Of a stretch of 43,714 nt of DNA, positions 24,139 to 33,560 are shown piece after piece. Location of the stretch: the IMG/VR virus record IMGVR_UViG_3300049795_000032, positions 1 through 43,714 of that record. One strand, 5' to 3'. The DNA comes from a virus. The notes beneath the pieces were generated by a model. That model was not told the origin of the DNA and searched no databases. It saw only the letters and a list, made by a program, of their open reading frames with translations. Made by a program: the position numbers and the translations under genes. The stretch's first letter is position 1, and each line of letters begins with the position of its first letter.

Positions 24139-24999
24139 ATGTCCGAGCAGTGGGGTGTTTGCGAAGAGCCGTGCATCATTCTCGATGTCTCCCACTGGCA
24201 AGGGACTGACATTGATTTCCCCGCGTGTAAAGCGTTGGGAGTGCGCGGCGTTATCGTCAAACGCTACCACGGCTCGGGCTATGTCAAGGCTTACGATGAG
24301 CAATTCCCCTCCGCACAGCTCGCGGGAATTGAGCTGCTTGGGGATTACGCTTGGCTTGTCCCCACGTCTGTGCCCGTTGACTTGCAAGTCGCGGCATGGG
24401 CAACCCCCGCGAAGGGGAGACTTCCATTCACGATCGATTGGGAGGACCCTAGCACCAAGCTCCGGGGCAAGCCTCTCGTATCCATTCTCGAGCGGGCGAT
24501 TGAGATCAAGTCGGACAAGGATGGACGCAGGCCCACGATTTACACAGGCGCTTGGTACTGGCGGGACTTCTGTCAGGGCGTGGATAGCGAGATCGTTGCA
24601 GCGTGCGATTTGCATCTTGCCGCATACCCCCGCAAGACGAATACAGGCTTGAGGTACACCGAAGCGCAGCAAGAGGTATGCGGCGGGCACATGCCCGGCG
24701 TGCCACTCCCTTGGGCCAAGAGGGGTTTGCAGCCCTTGATCTGGCAATTCTCCGGGGACGCGCAGCCGCTTCGCTTGCCCCCGTCCAAGAACGGTGCGAG
24801 CCCTGCCGTGGACGTCAATACAGGGGACGCGCGTCGTCTGTTCGCGACGATCGACGCGCCCCCTGACACGCTGCCAGAAGGCGAGACGGGCCGGCGTAGA
24901 AGTAGTCAGCGTGTCAAGGCGTTTTCGGACGCCGCTACCCTATTGCGAGCGCCCGAAGGGGAGCACACTCCCATCGTACTTGAGAGCGAAAAAGAATGA
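24139..24999 (+). CDS. Endolysin, glycoside hydrolase family 25 (muramidase)-like
   Basis: ILDVSHWQGTDIDFPACKALGVRGVIVKRYHGSGY, LLGDYAWL and FTIDWED match the GH25 pattern. ATG 24139 is preferred over the TTG 24133 in the track. Confidence 0.7.
   Translation: MSEQWGVCEEPCIILDVSHWQGTDIDFPACKALGVRGVIVKRYHGSGYVKAYDEQFPSAQLAGIELLGDYAWLVPTSVPVDLQVAAWATPAKGRLPFTIDWEDPSTKLRGKPLVSILERAIEIKSDKDGRRPTIYTGAWYWRDFCQGVDSEIVAACDLHLAAYPRKTNTGLRYTEAQQEVCGGHMPGVPLPWAKRGLQPLIWQFSGDAQPLRLPPSKNGASPAVDVNTGDARRLFATIDAPPDTLPEGETGRRRSSQRVKAFSDAATLLRAPEGEHTPIVLESEKE
24934..24942 (+). promoter_or_regulatory. GCTACCCTA motif copy 5, inside the endolysin 3' end and 54 nt upstream of ATG 24996
   Basis: gccGCTACCCTAttgcgagc. 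Confidence 0.4.
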
Positions 25000-25280
25000 T
25001 GGAGCTTTCCCCGTCCCTGATCTTGTCCGCCGTTCTCGGTGCCGGGGGCGCATACGTCGCGGTGCGCACTGGACTTGCGCAAGTGACGACGATGATCGGC
25101 GTGCTCACATCCGCCGTGTCCGATCTCAAGGCTTCGTTCGAGAAAACTCGAGAGAGTCATGGAGAAGAGATAGGCGAATTGAAAGAACGCGTAGCAGTGC
25201 AGGGCGCGAATATCGCCACCCTTCAAATGCAAATGTCCAAGCTCCTTTCTACGGATCGATTCAAGGCCGTACGCGAATAA
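24996..25280 (+). CDS. i-spanin-like protein (or second holin): N-terminal TM plus coiled coil
   Basis: 94 aa. TM segment SLILSAVLGAGGAYVAV, then a heptad-rich segment. ATGA overlap with the endolysin. Confidence 0.4.
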   Translation: MMELSPSLILSAVLGAGGAYVAVRTGLAQVTTMIGVLTSAVSDLKASFEKTRESHGEEIGELKERVAVQGANIATLQMQMSKLLSTDRFKAVRE

Positions 25281-25288
25281 CGAGCCAC

Positions 25289-25297
25289 GCTACCCTA
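25289..25297 (+). promoter_or_regulatory. GCTACCCTA motif copy 6, upstream of the sheath gene
   Basis: cacGCTACCCTAAGGtaagtacaaATG. Confidence 0.5.
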
Positions 25298-25309
25298 AGG
25301 TAAGTACAA

Positions 25310-26626
25310 ATGAGCTTTCTTGACGATCTCGTTTCAATCTCCATTTCGGCTAGCACCAAGACGCCCACGCGTCCGGGCTTTGGTACGCCGCTGCTTCTGT
25401 CGCAAGAGAAGCCCGCGGGATGGGGCTCGGCTAAGGCTAAGTCTTTCGCGGATACGGATGCGCTCATTACCGCGGGATTCACGACTAACAGCCCGGTCTA
25501 TAAGGCCGCTGTCAAAGTCATGTCGCAAGACCCTGCGCCCGATCGATTCAAGGTAGGCATTCGCGCGCTCACCGTCGCGCATCACGTTACGCTGGTCGTC
25601 ACCATCGCCACCGAAGGGTACGTGTACGACTTTACGGTTGACGGCGTCCACATCCTTTACACGGTGCTCGCGTCCGCGACCACTAGCACGGTCGCCACTG
25701 CGCTCGCCCTGTTGATCACGGGCGGCACTACGGGCGCGACCGCTACGGCCAGCACGGCAACCATTACGGTTATCGCGGCTGCTGGTAAAGTGTTCGACGT
25801 GTCGGGGCATTACGAGAACGGTCTCACGCTTACGGACACCACTACGGATCCTGGCATCGCCACGGATCTCGCTGCGATTTACACGTTCGATTCGGATTGG
25901 TATGGCCTCGTGCCCGACCATTTCGGCAAGGCGGAAGCGCTCGCCGCAGCAGCGTGGATCGAGACGCACCGTAAGATCATGGTGGTCGACACGGCCGACA
26001 CGGCTGTCATGGACAGCGGTTCGACCACGGACATCCTGTATGCACTGAACGCGCTGGCGTATACGCGCACCGCTGTCATGTTCTCGCGTAACCAGCTCAT
26101 GCACTACCAAGGTGCGGCGTGGCAAGGTTCGCGTCTGCCGCAAACGCCCGGCAGTGATACTTGGAAATTCAACGCGCTGGTCGGGTGCGTCGCCTCCAAT
26201 TTCACGTCAGCCGAACGCGACGCCATTCTCGCTAAGAAGGGCAACGATTACATCCGCGTCGCAGGCATCGATATGACCGAAGAGGGTTGGTCGGTCGCCG
26301 GAGAATTCATGGATACGGTCCGTTTCATTGACTGGCTCCAAGCCGAGGGGCAGATCCGAATCTTCGGACAGCTCACCGGGGGCCAGAAGATCCCCTACAC
26401 GGATGCCGGCATCACTTCCGTGTGCGGTACCCTGCTCGGCGCGCTTTACGCGGGCGTCAAGGCGGGAGGGCTTGCGAAAGACCCAGAGCCCACGATCACG
26501 GCACCCAAGGTGGACGATATCGATGTTTCCGACCGTGCCGCGCGTTTGGTCGAAGGCATCGAATTCACCGGCCGCCTTGCTGGCGCGATTCACAAGCTCA
26601 AGATCAAGGGCCGTCTCACGGTCTGA
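25310..26626 (+). CDS. Tail sheath protein (DUF3383-like)
   Basis: 438 aa. First gene of the canonical order sheath, tube, chaperone, tape measure. Confidence 0.6.
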   Translation: MSFLDDLVSISISASTKTPTRPGFGTPLLLSQEKPAGWGSAKAKSFADTDALITAGFTTNSPVYKAAVKVMSQDPAPDRFKVGIRALTVAHHVTLVVTIATEGYVYDFTVDGVHILYTVLASATTSTVATALALLITGGTTGATATASTATITVIAAAGKVFDVSGHYENGLTLTDTTTDPGIATDLAAIYTFDSDWYGLVPDHFGKAEALAAAAWIETHRKIMVVDTADTAVMDSGSTTDILYALNALAYTRTAVMFSRNQLMHYQGAAWQGSRLPQTPGSDTWKFNALVGCVASNFTSAERDAILAKKGNDYIRVAGIDMTEEGWSVAGEFMDTVRFIDWLQAEGQIRIFGQLTGGQKIPYTDAGITSVCGTLLGALYAGVKAGGLAKDPEPTITAPKVDDIDVSDRAARLVEGIEFTGRLAGAIHKLKIKGRLTV

Positions 26627-26641
26627 TAGGGAAGCAAGACA

Positions 26642-27073
26642 ATGGCCGAACCTAAAAACTACGATCTCAAGCGCCAGACGCTTTGCTGTATGGGCCTGCT
26701 CATCGATAGCGGCTTTGCAGAAGATGACGTGTTTACGCTCGCGCGTAACTCGCCGATCTTTACCCGCAAGGTGGGAGCGGACGGACAAGTCACGCGTTCA
26801 AAGACGAACGACAATAGCGGCATGATCACGATCAAGCTCCTCCAATCGTCGGAAGCGAATGCACTTCTTTCCGCGTTCGCCATCTTGGACAGCAAGGGCA
26901 ACAATGGATTGGGCGTGGGGCCACTCATCGTCAAAGATCTAGACGGCACTACGCTTATCAGCGGAACCTGTTGGGTGGAGAAGTGGCCCGACCTCACGCT
27001 CGGCAAAGAGGCTTCCGAACGCGAATGGCAACTTGGTTGTGATATCGATTTCATGCTCGTCGGCGGGAACTGA
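26642..27073 (+). CDS. Tail tube protein (DUF3277-like)
   Basis: 143 aa, directly after the sheath. TNDNSGMITIKLLQSSEANALLSAF resembles the family as I recall it. Confidence 0.6.
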   Translation: MAEPKNYDLKRQTLCCMGLLIDSGFAEDDVFTLARNSPIFTRKVGADGQVTRSKTNDNSGMITIKLLQSSEANALLSAFAILDSKGNNGLGVGPLIVKDLDGTTLISGTCWVEKWPDLTLGKEASEREWQLGCDIDFMLVGGN

Positions 27074-27084
27074 TTAGCGCGTAG

Positions 27085-27093
27085 GCTACCCTA
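27085..27093 (+). promoter_or_regulatory. GCTACCCTA motif copy 7 abutting an ATG start
   Basis: agGCTACCCTAAGGGGtATG. The hexamer ends 7 nt before ATG 27100. Confidence 0.5.
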
Positions 27094-27099
27094 AGGGGT

Positions 27100-27624
27100 A
27101 TGGCTGATCCGCTGACATTTCAATCTCAATCCAAGCGCATTGGGGACACGACGTATTACGTCACGCCCCTCGGCTTCGTGCAAGCGCGTCAAGCGCTTGT
27201 CAAGCTGACTAACCTTATTGGCCCGGCTCTGCGCGAATTGTCTAGCGCGGAGCTTGGCAATTTGAAAGGCGAGCTGTCCGCATTGGGCGGGCTGCTGTCC
27301 GGGCTTGCGGATAAGGACTTGGTCTATTTTCAAGACCTGTTCGCGCCGAAAACTGAAATCGAACTGGACTACGAGCCCAGTAAGCGTCCGTACCTGCATA
27401 AGCCTTTGCCTACGGGGGGCTCACGTATTGAGTCGCACTTCGCACCCACGGGACCGCGCTTCGGAGATTATTTCGAGTGGCTCGTGTTCTGTATTCAGGT
27501 GAACTACGCACCTTTTTTCAAAGGCATTTGGGCGAAGGTCGCAGCGTCCAAAGTGCTCGGAAAGCAGGCGACGGAATCAAGCTCCAATTCCCCGACGGAA
27601 TCGAATGGTCCGAGTGGCGACTAG
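27100..27624 (+). CDS. Tail assembly chaperone (gpG-like, zero-frame product)
   Basis: 174 aa between the tube and tape measure genes. Contains a slippery heptamer. Confidence 0.65.
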   Translation: MADPLTFQSQSKRIGDTTYYVTPLGFVQARQALVKLTNLIGPALRELSSAELGNLKGELSALGGLLSGLADKDLVYFQDLFAPKTEIELDYEPSKRPYLHKPLPTGGSRIESHFAPTGPRFGDYFEWLVFCIQVNYAPFFKGIWAKVAASKVLGKQATESSSNSPTESNGPSGD

Positions 27625-27779
27625 TCACGGACCCTCGCTGTAAGGTGCCGAGTCGCGCGTACCTGAATAAGCACTTCTCGTTCACAGACGGAATGGACTT
27701 GCACGCCGTGCTAGACGAGCTGGATAGGTGCGAACAGGAAGCGCATAAGCGAGCAACCGATAAGGTCAGGACCAAGTAA
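27477..27779 (+). CDS. -1 frame extension of the tail chaperone (gpGT-like fusion, 27100..27519 joined to ..27779)
   Basis: Overlapping ORF in the -1 frame relative to 27100. This is the classic G/GT arrangement. Confidence 0.6.
   Translation: MARVLYSGELRTFFQRHLGEGRSVQSARKAGDGIKLQFPDGIEWSEWRLVTDPRCKVPSRAYLNKHFSFTDGMDLHAVLDELDRCEQEAHKRATDKVRTK
27513..27519 (+). promoter_or_regulatory. -1 programmed ribosomal frameshift slippery site T TTT TTC
   Basis: In the zero frame it reads CCT TTT TTC, which fits X XXY YYZ. The -1 frame stays open to 27779, ending 1 nt before the tape measure ATG. Confidence 0.65.
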
Positions 27780-29360
27780 ATGCTTCGAGAGATTGCCGCT
27801 AAGCTTGGTGTCCAGATCGACGATAAGGACGTTGACACGTTCATGTCGTCGCTGGACAAGGCTAAATCCTTGCTCGGCACTTTCGGCGCGGCGCTCGGCA
27901 TCGGGGCATTCGTTCACTTCGCTAAAGAGACGATCGACTCCGCGGATCGTTTGCAGGATATGTCAGAGCGATTGGGCATTGCTACGGAAGACATTGAACG
28001 CTTCCAGTACGCGGCGAAGCTCACGGGGGCGGAAGTCGAGGGGGTGGAGAAGTCGCTTTTCATCTTCTCTAAGACGCTGGGCGAAGCGGTCAAGGCGGGA
28101 GGCTCGGACCCATTCTCCGAACTGAAGATCAATTTCAAGGATGCGGCAGGCAACGCTAAACCTCTTATGGAGGTATTGCCAGACGTCGCGGACAAGATTG
28201 CGGAAGCTAAGAGCGAAGCCGAAAAGGTGGCGCTCGCTACCAAGTTTTTCGGCAAGTCCGCTCTGTCTCTCGTGCCATTGCTAAAGCGTGGACGAGAGGG
28301 CGTCAAAGAGCTGTCCGCGGAATTCGACGATCTCGGGCTTGGCATGAGCCAAGATATGATCAAGCAATCTGCGGATTTCAACGATCAACTAGACCGCATG
28401 GGCTTCGTGTCCAAAGCGGCAGGCACGCAAATTATCAAGGGTCTACTGCCCATCATCTCGTTTCTCGCTAAGTACATTCTGAAGAGCGCCGCGGCGTTCA
28501 ATCAATTTGCTAAGACCACGTCACTCGTGCATACGGGCATCGCGTTACTCGGCGCACTACTCGCGGCCAAGTTCCTGCCCACGCTCATATCAGGCATTGG
28601 CACCCTGATGAAAATGCGCACCGTCGTGCTCGGCACGTCGCTTCCATTCCTGCTAGTGGCCGCGGCCGTAGCATTCCTCTATCTGCTGTTCGATGACCTG
28701 TGGGTCCTCATGAATGGCGGGGAATCCGTCATTGGAGATTTGCTCGTCAAGTTTGGCGGGGTGGAGGCTAAGACCAAATTCGTAAACGACATGAAAGCAG
28801 CGTGGGATACGCTGGTCGAATTCTGGAAGGGTATTGACTGGAAAGCTGTTTGGGCGTTCTTGTCCGAAGGGCAGAACATTGTAGGGGATTTGCTCGCCGC
28901 GCTAAACGCGGTGGTACGTGTCATCCTTGGCGCGGGCCGGGCCCTCGTGTCCCTTGGCAAGCTCGCGGGCATGGCCGTAAACAAGGATTGGTCGGGCATG
29001 GCCAAAGAAGTCGGCGAGGCGTCTAAGACCATTTTCGGGCAACGTAATTCCTATTGGGATCCGAAGACAGGCGAGCAGAAAGAGGGATACGTAGGCGGAT
29101 TGCTCGGCTCAAGTCAGGCGGAATGGAATAACCAAATGTCCGCAGCGGGAGTGCCTCCCACGATCAATGCGCCCGTGTCCGCCCCCATCACGGCCAAGGT
29201 AACGGTTACCGTGCCGCCAGGCACGCCCCCGGGGCAGGCTGCGGCGGCAACGGTGGACGGCGTACAGAAGGGCGTACAAGGCGCGCTAAACAACGCCGGA
29301 GCGGGCGCCGCGCAGTACATCGATACGGCAGTCTCGGATAGCGCGCCGGGGGTAAAGTAA
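27780..29360 (+). CDS. Tail tape measure protein
   Basis: 526 aa. Helical N-terminal part and a long hydrophobic central segment (LLPIISFLAKYIL...FLLVAAAVAFLYLLF). Position after the chaperone. Confidence 0.8.
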   Translation: MLREIAAKLGVQIDDKDVDTFMSSLDKAKSLLGTFGAALGIGAFVHFAKETIDSADRLQDMSERLGIATEDIERFQYAAKLTGAEVEGVEKSLFIFSKTLGEAVKAGGSDPFSELKINFKDAAGNAKPLMEVLPDVADKIAEAKSEAEKVALATKFFGKSALSLVPLLKRGREGVKELSAEFDDLGLGMSQDMIKQSADFNDQLDRMGFVSKAAGTQIIKGLLPIISFLAKYILKSAAAFNQFAKTTSLVHTGIALLGALLAAKFLPTLISGIGTLMKMRTVVLGTSLPFLLVAAAVAFLYLLFDDLWVLMNGGESVIGDLLVKFGGVEAKTKFVNDMKAAWDTLVEFWKGIDWKAVWAFLSEGQNIVGDLLAALNAVVRVILGAGRALVSLGKLAGMAVNKDWSGMAKEVGEASKTIFGQRNSYWDPKTGEQKEGYVGGLLGSSQAEWNNQMSAAGVPPTINAPVSAPITAKVTVTVPPGTPPGQAAAATVDGVQKGVQGALNNAGAGAAQYIDTAVSDSAPGVK

Positions 29361-30094
29361 TGGGCACCTTCCTGTCATGGAAAGGAACGGATACGAGCGA
29401 GGGAGGCTCGCTCGAATTCGACGTCACGCTTATGTCGTCCATTACCAAGCGCGCCACGCCCACATCCCTGCCAGTGGAGAGGGGCGCCAACGTTTCCGAC
29501 CACGTGCGAGAGGAGCTTGACTCAGTATCCTTGGAAGTGTTCGTTTCCAATTCGCCGATCTCCCCTAAGAACAATGTAAACCCCGCAGACACAAGAGGTT
29601 TTCTAAACGCAGTCGTTATGGACGTGGCGACGTATACTCCTCCGCTCAATAGCCTGTCTAGATTGATCTCTAAGATCGGAAGCCTGTTTAGCGGACCTAA
29701 GCCCAAGCCTAAGGCTTTGCTGCTTTCGTTTCCTTCCGAGTTTAGCGCACCCACCGAAACGTTCGACGTACTTACACAATTGCTGGAAGAAAAGCGACTA
29801 GTCAACGTGTTCGCTCGCGATTGGATTGCGGACGATATGGTCATTACGTCCGTGACCAATCCGCAGACTTTCGAGGAAGGCGACGGAGCGAAGATCTCTA
29901 TCGAGCTGCAACACATTCGCATTGTAGAGACAGTGCGCGTCACGTCCCCCGTAAGCGAGGAGCCTCGCGCTAAGAGCCCCGTAAGCGCGGGAAAGAAAGA
30001 CCCTAAGGGGGCGTCCCCACCAATGCGCAGCGTAGCTAAAGCCACGGTAAAAGCGGCTGCCGAGGCTCTTCCCTCAATTCACGGAGGCGAATAA
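29360..30094 (+). CDS. Tail/baseplate-associated protein
   Basis: 244-aa ORF with a TAATG overlap. Function by position after the tape measure. Confidence 0.35.
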   Translation: MGTFLSWKGTDTSEGGSLEFDVTLMSSITKRATPTSLPVERGANVSDHVREELDSVSLEVFVSNSPISPKNNVNPADTRGFLNAVVMDVATYTPPLNSLSRLISKIGSLFSGPKPKPKALLLSFPSEFSAPTETFDVLTQLLEEKRLVNVFARDWIADDMVITSVTNPQTFEEGDGAKISIELQHIRIVETVRVTSPVSEEPRAKSPVSAGKKDPKGASPPMRSVAKATVKAAAEALPSIHGGE

Positions 30095-30432
30095 TGGCTT
30101 TCGTTACCATTCCCTTGCTCTCAGATACGCCACATTGGGAGCAAACGACTACGCTTGACGGGACGGATTACCTGTTGCGCTTTCGATATAGTCAACGGGA
30201 GCAAACGTATTACGTTTCGCTGTACCTTGGTAATGGAACGGAGATTATCAAGGGTCAGCGCATGATCTGCAATTGGCCATTGTTCGCCGATTGCGTCGAT
30301 CCTAATATGCCTCCAGGTACGTTCGTGCTCATCCCTTCCGACCCTACGGACGAAAGCCCACCCAAGCTAGGCGACCTTGGTGATAACCGCCGGTGCACGT
30401 TGGTCTATGACGCGGCGAACGAGGGCACGTGA
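30094..30432 (+). CDS. Tail/baseplate-associated protein
   Basis: 112-aa ORF with a TAATG overlap. Confidence 0.35.
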   Translation: MAFVTIPLLSDTPHWEQTTTLDGTDYLLRFRYSQREQTYYVSLYLGNGTEIIKGQRMICNWPLFADCVDPNMPPGTFVLIPSDPTDESPPKLGDLGDNRRCTLVYDAANEGT

Positions 30433-31280
30433 GTAAGCTTTACGATCGTGTATGGTCCGTGACCGTCAACGATACGGAAGTATCGTCTCGACGCGACGGC
30501 GTGGCAGAAGGCTTGGCTTGTCGCTGGTCCATCACTAAGACGCTCAAGCCCGAGCCGAACACCGCGAGCTTGACGGTATACAATCTCTCGCCCTCAACGC
30601 GTGCGAGATTGACCAAGCCGGGCAAGGCGACCATTCGCATCGAAGCGGGGTACGGTAAGACCCTTAGCCAGATCTATTTGGGCGACGTGCGTGCCATCAT
30701 GCCCGGCGAAGTGCAGGGATCCGAGATCTCGACCGAGTTTACCTCGGGGGATGGAGAAAAGGAGATCGCGCGCTCGCACCTTGCCATCCCCATCGGCGCG
30801 AAGACGGACAACGGCAAGGCGTTGCAGGCCATCGCCAAGGCTTTGGGCGTGGGGATGGGGAATGTGTCGGCCGTCGCGTCCAAACTCGCGACCAGCGGGC
30901 GCGCCGTGTTCCCCCGAGGGACTGTCCTAGTGGGCAACGTCGCGCGCCAACTTACGGATTTCTGCCGTTCGGCCAATCTCGAGTGGAGTATTCAGGACGG
31001 TGCGTTGCAGATCTTGGACGTAGGCGCGTCGATCGACAAATACCCCTACGTCTTGCGCGCGGATTCCGGGCTCATTGGTTCGCCCAAGGTGGGTAATGAC
31101 GGCAAGGTGTCCGCTCAAGTCATGATGCTGCCAGGGTTGCGTCCAGGCTTACGTGTCATGTTCGACACTTTGGAGGTTTCGGGCCTCTATCGCATCGTGC
31201 AAACGGACTGCGACGGGGAGACGCACGCGGATGCGTGGGGCTTCAAACTCTCGTGCGAGAAAAGTAAGGCCGTCGTATGA
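30429..31280 (+). CDS. Baseplate hub-like protein (Mu gp44 / P2 gpD position)
   Basis: 283 aa, GTGA overlap. Precedes the spike gene. Confidence 0.35.
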   Translation: MSKLYDRVWSVTVNDTEVSSRRDGVAEGLACRWSITKTLKPEPNTASLTVYNLSPSTRARLTKPGKATIRIEAGYGKTLSQIYLGDVRAIMPGEVQGSEISTEFTSGDGEKEIARSHLAIPIGAKTDNGKALQAIAKALGVGMGNVSAVASKLATSGRAVFPRGTVLVGNVARQLTDFCRSANLEWSIQDGALQILDVGASIDKYPYVLRADSGLIGSPKVGNDGKVSAQVMMLPGLRPGLRVMFDTLEVSGLYRIVQTDCDGETHADAWGFKLSCEKSKAVV

Positions 31281-31948
31281 AACAATGGAGCATAAACGAG
31301 GTAATCGAGCAGGGGATCGTGTCCGCATTGCGTTGGTTGCATGTCGCATTGCCCGGGCGCGTCAAGGCATACGACAAGGCAAGGGGTACAGCGGACGTAG
31401 AGATCTGCGTCAAGCTCCCGACGCGCACCTTACAGGACTTGATTTACTACTTTCCCCTCCCGACCATCCCCGATGTGCCCGTGGCGTGGCCTAGCGGGGG
31501 TGGATACTTCGTAGCAATGCCCCTTGCGGTGAACGATCCGGTGCTACTCGTGTTCGCTGACATCGCTATGGGCGAATACTTGGAGAATGCAGACATTAGT
31601 GACCCTGTAGATACGCGACGCCATAGCCTAGGCTACCCTATAGCAATCCCGGGAGGCGCACGCCCTAACCCTAAAGCGCTTTCCGATTTGCCTGATGACG
31701 GGGTAATCGTCGGTAAAGATGGGTCGGACCAACAAATCAAGATTGACAATTCGTTTATTTCTTTGGGAAAGGGCGCTACGGATTTCGCTGCGCTCGCTTC
31801 ACTGGTGAAATCCGAGTTGCAAGCCATAAAAACCATATTCGACGCACACACGCACCCCGTCCCGGCGGGGCCCGGGACTTCTAGCCCTAGCGCCACCCCC
31901 CTCAATCCCATTGGCGAAGTAAAAGCCACGCTAGTCAAAGCCAAATGA
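31277..31948 (+). CDS. Baseplate central spike (gpV / Mu gp45-like)
   Basis: 223 aa. OB-fold-like VPVAWPSGGGYFVAMPLAVNDPVLLVFAD and a C-terminal HTHPVPAGPG apex-like motif. Confidence 0.5.
   Translation: MKQWSINEVIEQGIVSALRWLHVALPGRVKAYDKARGTADVEICVKLPTRTLQDLIYYFPLPTIPDVPVAWPSGGGYFVAMPLAVNDPVLLVFADIAMGEYLENADISDPVDTRRHSLGYPIAIPGGARPNPKALSDLPDDGVIVGKDGSDQQIKIDNSFISLGKGATDFAALASLVKSELQAIKTIFDAHTHPVPAGPGTSSPSATPLNPIGEVKATLVKAK
31632..31640 (+). promoter_or_regulatory. GCTACCCTA motif copy 8, internal to the spike gene
   Basis: ctagGCTACCCTAtagc. No start codon nearby, so it may serve downstream baseplate genes or be non-functional. Confidence 0.3.
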
Positions 31949-32379
31949 GTTGCCTCGTTCTCACGGATCAGAATGACTTCGACGTGACGGTAAACCCCGC
32001 CACGGGTAAACGCACGTTTATGATTGTCCGGGACCGCGTATTGTGTGGTTCGTTCAAGCTCTATTTGCGTTTCCAGTTTTTCGAGGGGGAGTGGTACCTC
32101 GACACGCGCGAAGGGGTGCCGTACTTCCGCCTTATCTTCGTGAAAAACCCTGACTTCTCTGTGGTGCGCAACGTATTGCGGCGAGTCATCTTGTCCATTC
32201 CCACCGTCGCCACGGTCAAGGATATAACGTTCGATTACGCTCCGGGCACGCGCGAGCTGCAATATACGTTTGAAGCGCGCGCGACGGACGGGCGAAAGAT
32301 TCAGGGTGGAAGTGGTAAGCCCTTTATCATTGACGGTAAAGACTTGAGCGACCTTGCTCGTAACGAGGCCATCACATGA
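31945..32379 (+). CDS. Baseplate wedge protein (gpW/gp25 position)
   Basis: 144 aa, ATGA overlaps, immediately upstream of the J-like gene. Confidence 0.45.
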   Translation: MSCLVLTDQNDFDVTVNPATGKRTFMIVRDRVLCGSFKLYLRFQFFEGEWYLDTREGVPYFRLIFVKNPDFSVVRNVLRRVILSIPTVATVKDITFDYAPGTRELQYTFEARATDGRKIQGGSGKPFIIDGKDLSDLARNEAIT

Positions 32380-33560
32380 GCGGACTTTCCATTGCTGGCT
32401 TCGAGCTGAAAACGCTCTCAGAGTGCCTTGACGATATCGTTGCGGGTTTGCTGGTAGACGTTGACAGCGAGTTAGACACGTCCACGGACCAACCGATCGG
32501 GCAAATCGCCGGCACGTTCGCTAAGCCTAATGCGGAAGTATGGGAGATCCTCGGACAAGCAATGTCCGGTTGGGACGACAAGAACGCTACAGGGTCTTTG
32601 CTTGACGCAGTGTGCGCGATTACTGGCACTCGCCGCATTCCACAGCGCAAATCTGTCGTCGCTATGGATTGCACGCTCAATATCGGCACGGCGCTTACGA
32701 CTACCGCAATGGTCCAAGTGCTCGGGGATCCCACGCGACAGTTCACGCTGCGCGCTCCGTTCACCGCGCCGAGCACGGGGGTGCACTCGCTCGTGTTCGA
32801 GGCCGTGTTCTACGGGCCGATCGAAGCGCTCGCGGGAACCGTGACCACGATCGTCACGCCCGTGACGGGGTGGACCGTCGCGACCAACCCTGATGACGCG
32901 GACCCCGGTGCCACGACCGAGAAAGACTCGACCCTCCGCATCCGTCGACGTAAAGAGCTGCGCGCGCAGGGTGCCAGCACCTTGCCCGCATTGGAGGCTG
33001 CACTCAATCCCGCGGACATCCCCGGGCTCATCTCCGCAACCGTACTCGAGAACGACACGATGGCCACGGTCGGGGGGCTCCCTGCGAAATCATTCGAGGC
33101 CATCATTTGGGACGGAGCCACGCCCGCGGCGGATGACGAAACCATCCGAAAAACGATTTGGAAGCACAAGCCTCTCGGCATCCAAAGCGTTGGCGACAAT
33201 GTTGGGACGTTCGTGGACGCCAAGGGTGTTACTAGGACCGTTCCATTTAGCCGAGCCGTCCAGCGTCGGATCATTATCTCTATGATCGTGCAGCGTGACG
33301 CGTCCCTCTTCCCCTCGGATGGCGCTACACAAATCAAGCAAGCTATCGCGGATGACGGTTTGCTGTACGGATCGGGGCAAGACGTCATCCGTTTGCGCGT
33401 GCAGAAGCTTGCTCTGCCTATCGCGGGCGTTATTGACGTGCCGAGTTGCCTGCTCAATATCTACAGCTTGACATCGCCAGCGGAGGCCAACGTCACGATC
33501 GATGAACTGGATATCGCGACCTTCAATACGGCCGACATTACCATTACGTTGACCCCATGA
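32376..33560 (+). CDS. Baseplate J-like protein
   Basis: 394 aa. The N-terminal pattern ...IAGTFAKPNAEVWEILGQAMSGWDDKNATGSLLDAVCAITGTRRIPQRKS resembles Baseplate_J family proteins. Confidence 0.65.
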   Translation: MSGLSIAGFELKTLSECLDDIVAGLLVDVDSELDTSTDQPIGQIAGTFAKPNAEVWEILGQAMSGWDDKNATGSLLDAVCAITGTRRIPQRKSVVAMDCTLNIGTALTTTAMVQVLGDPTRQFTLRAPFTAPSTGVHSLVFEAVFYGPIEALAGTVTTIVTPVTGWTVATNPDDADPGATTEKDSTLRIRRRKELRAQGASTLPALEAALNPADIPGLISATVLENDTMATVGGLPAKSFEAIIWDGATPAADDETIRKTIWKHKPLGIQSVGDNVGTFVDAKGVTRTVPFSRAVQRRIIISMIVQRDASLFPSDGATQIKQAIADDGLLYGSGQDVIRLRVQKLALPIAGVIDVPSCLLNIYSLTSPAEANVTIDELDIATFNTADITITLTP

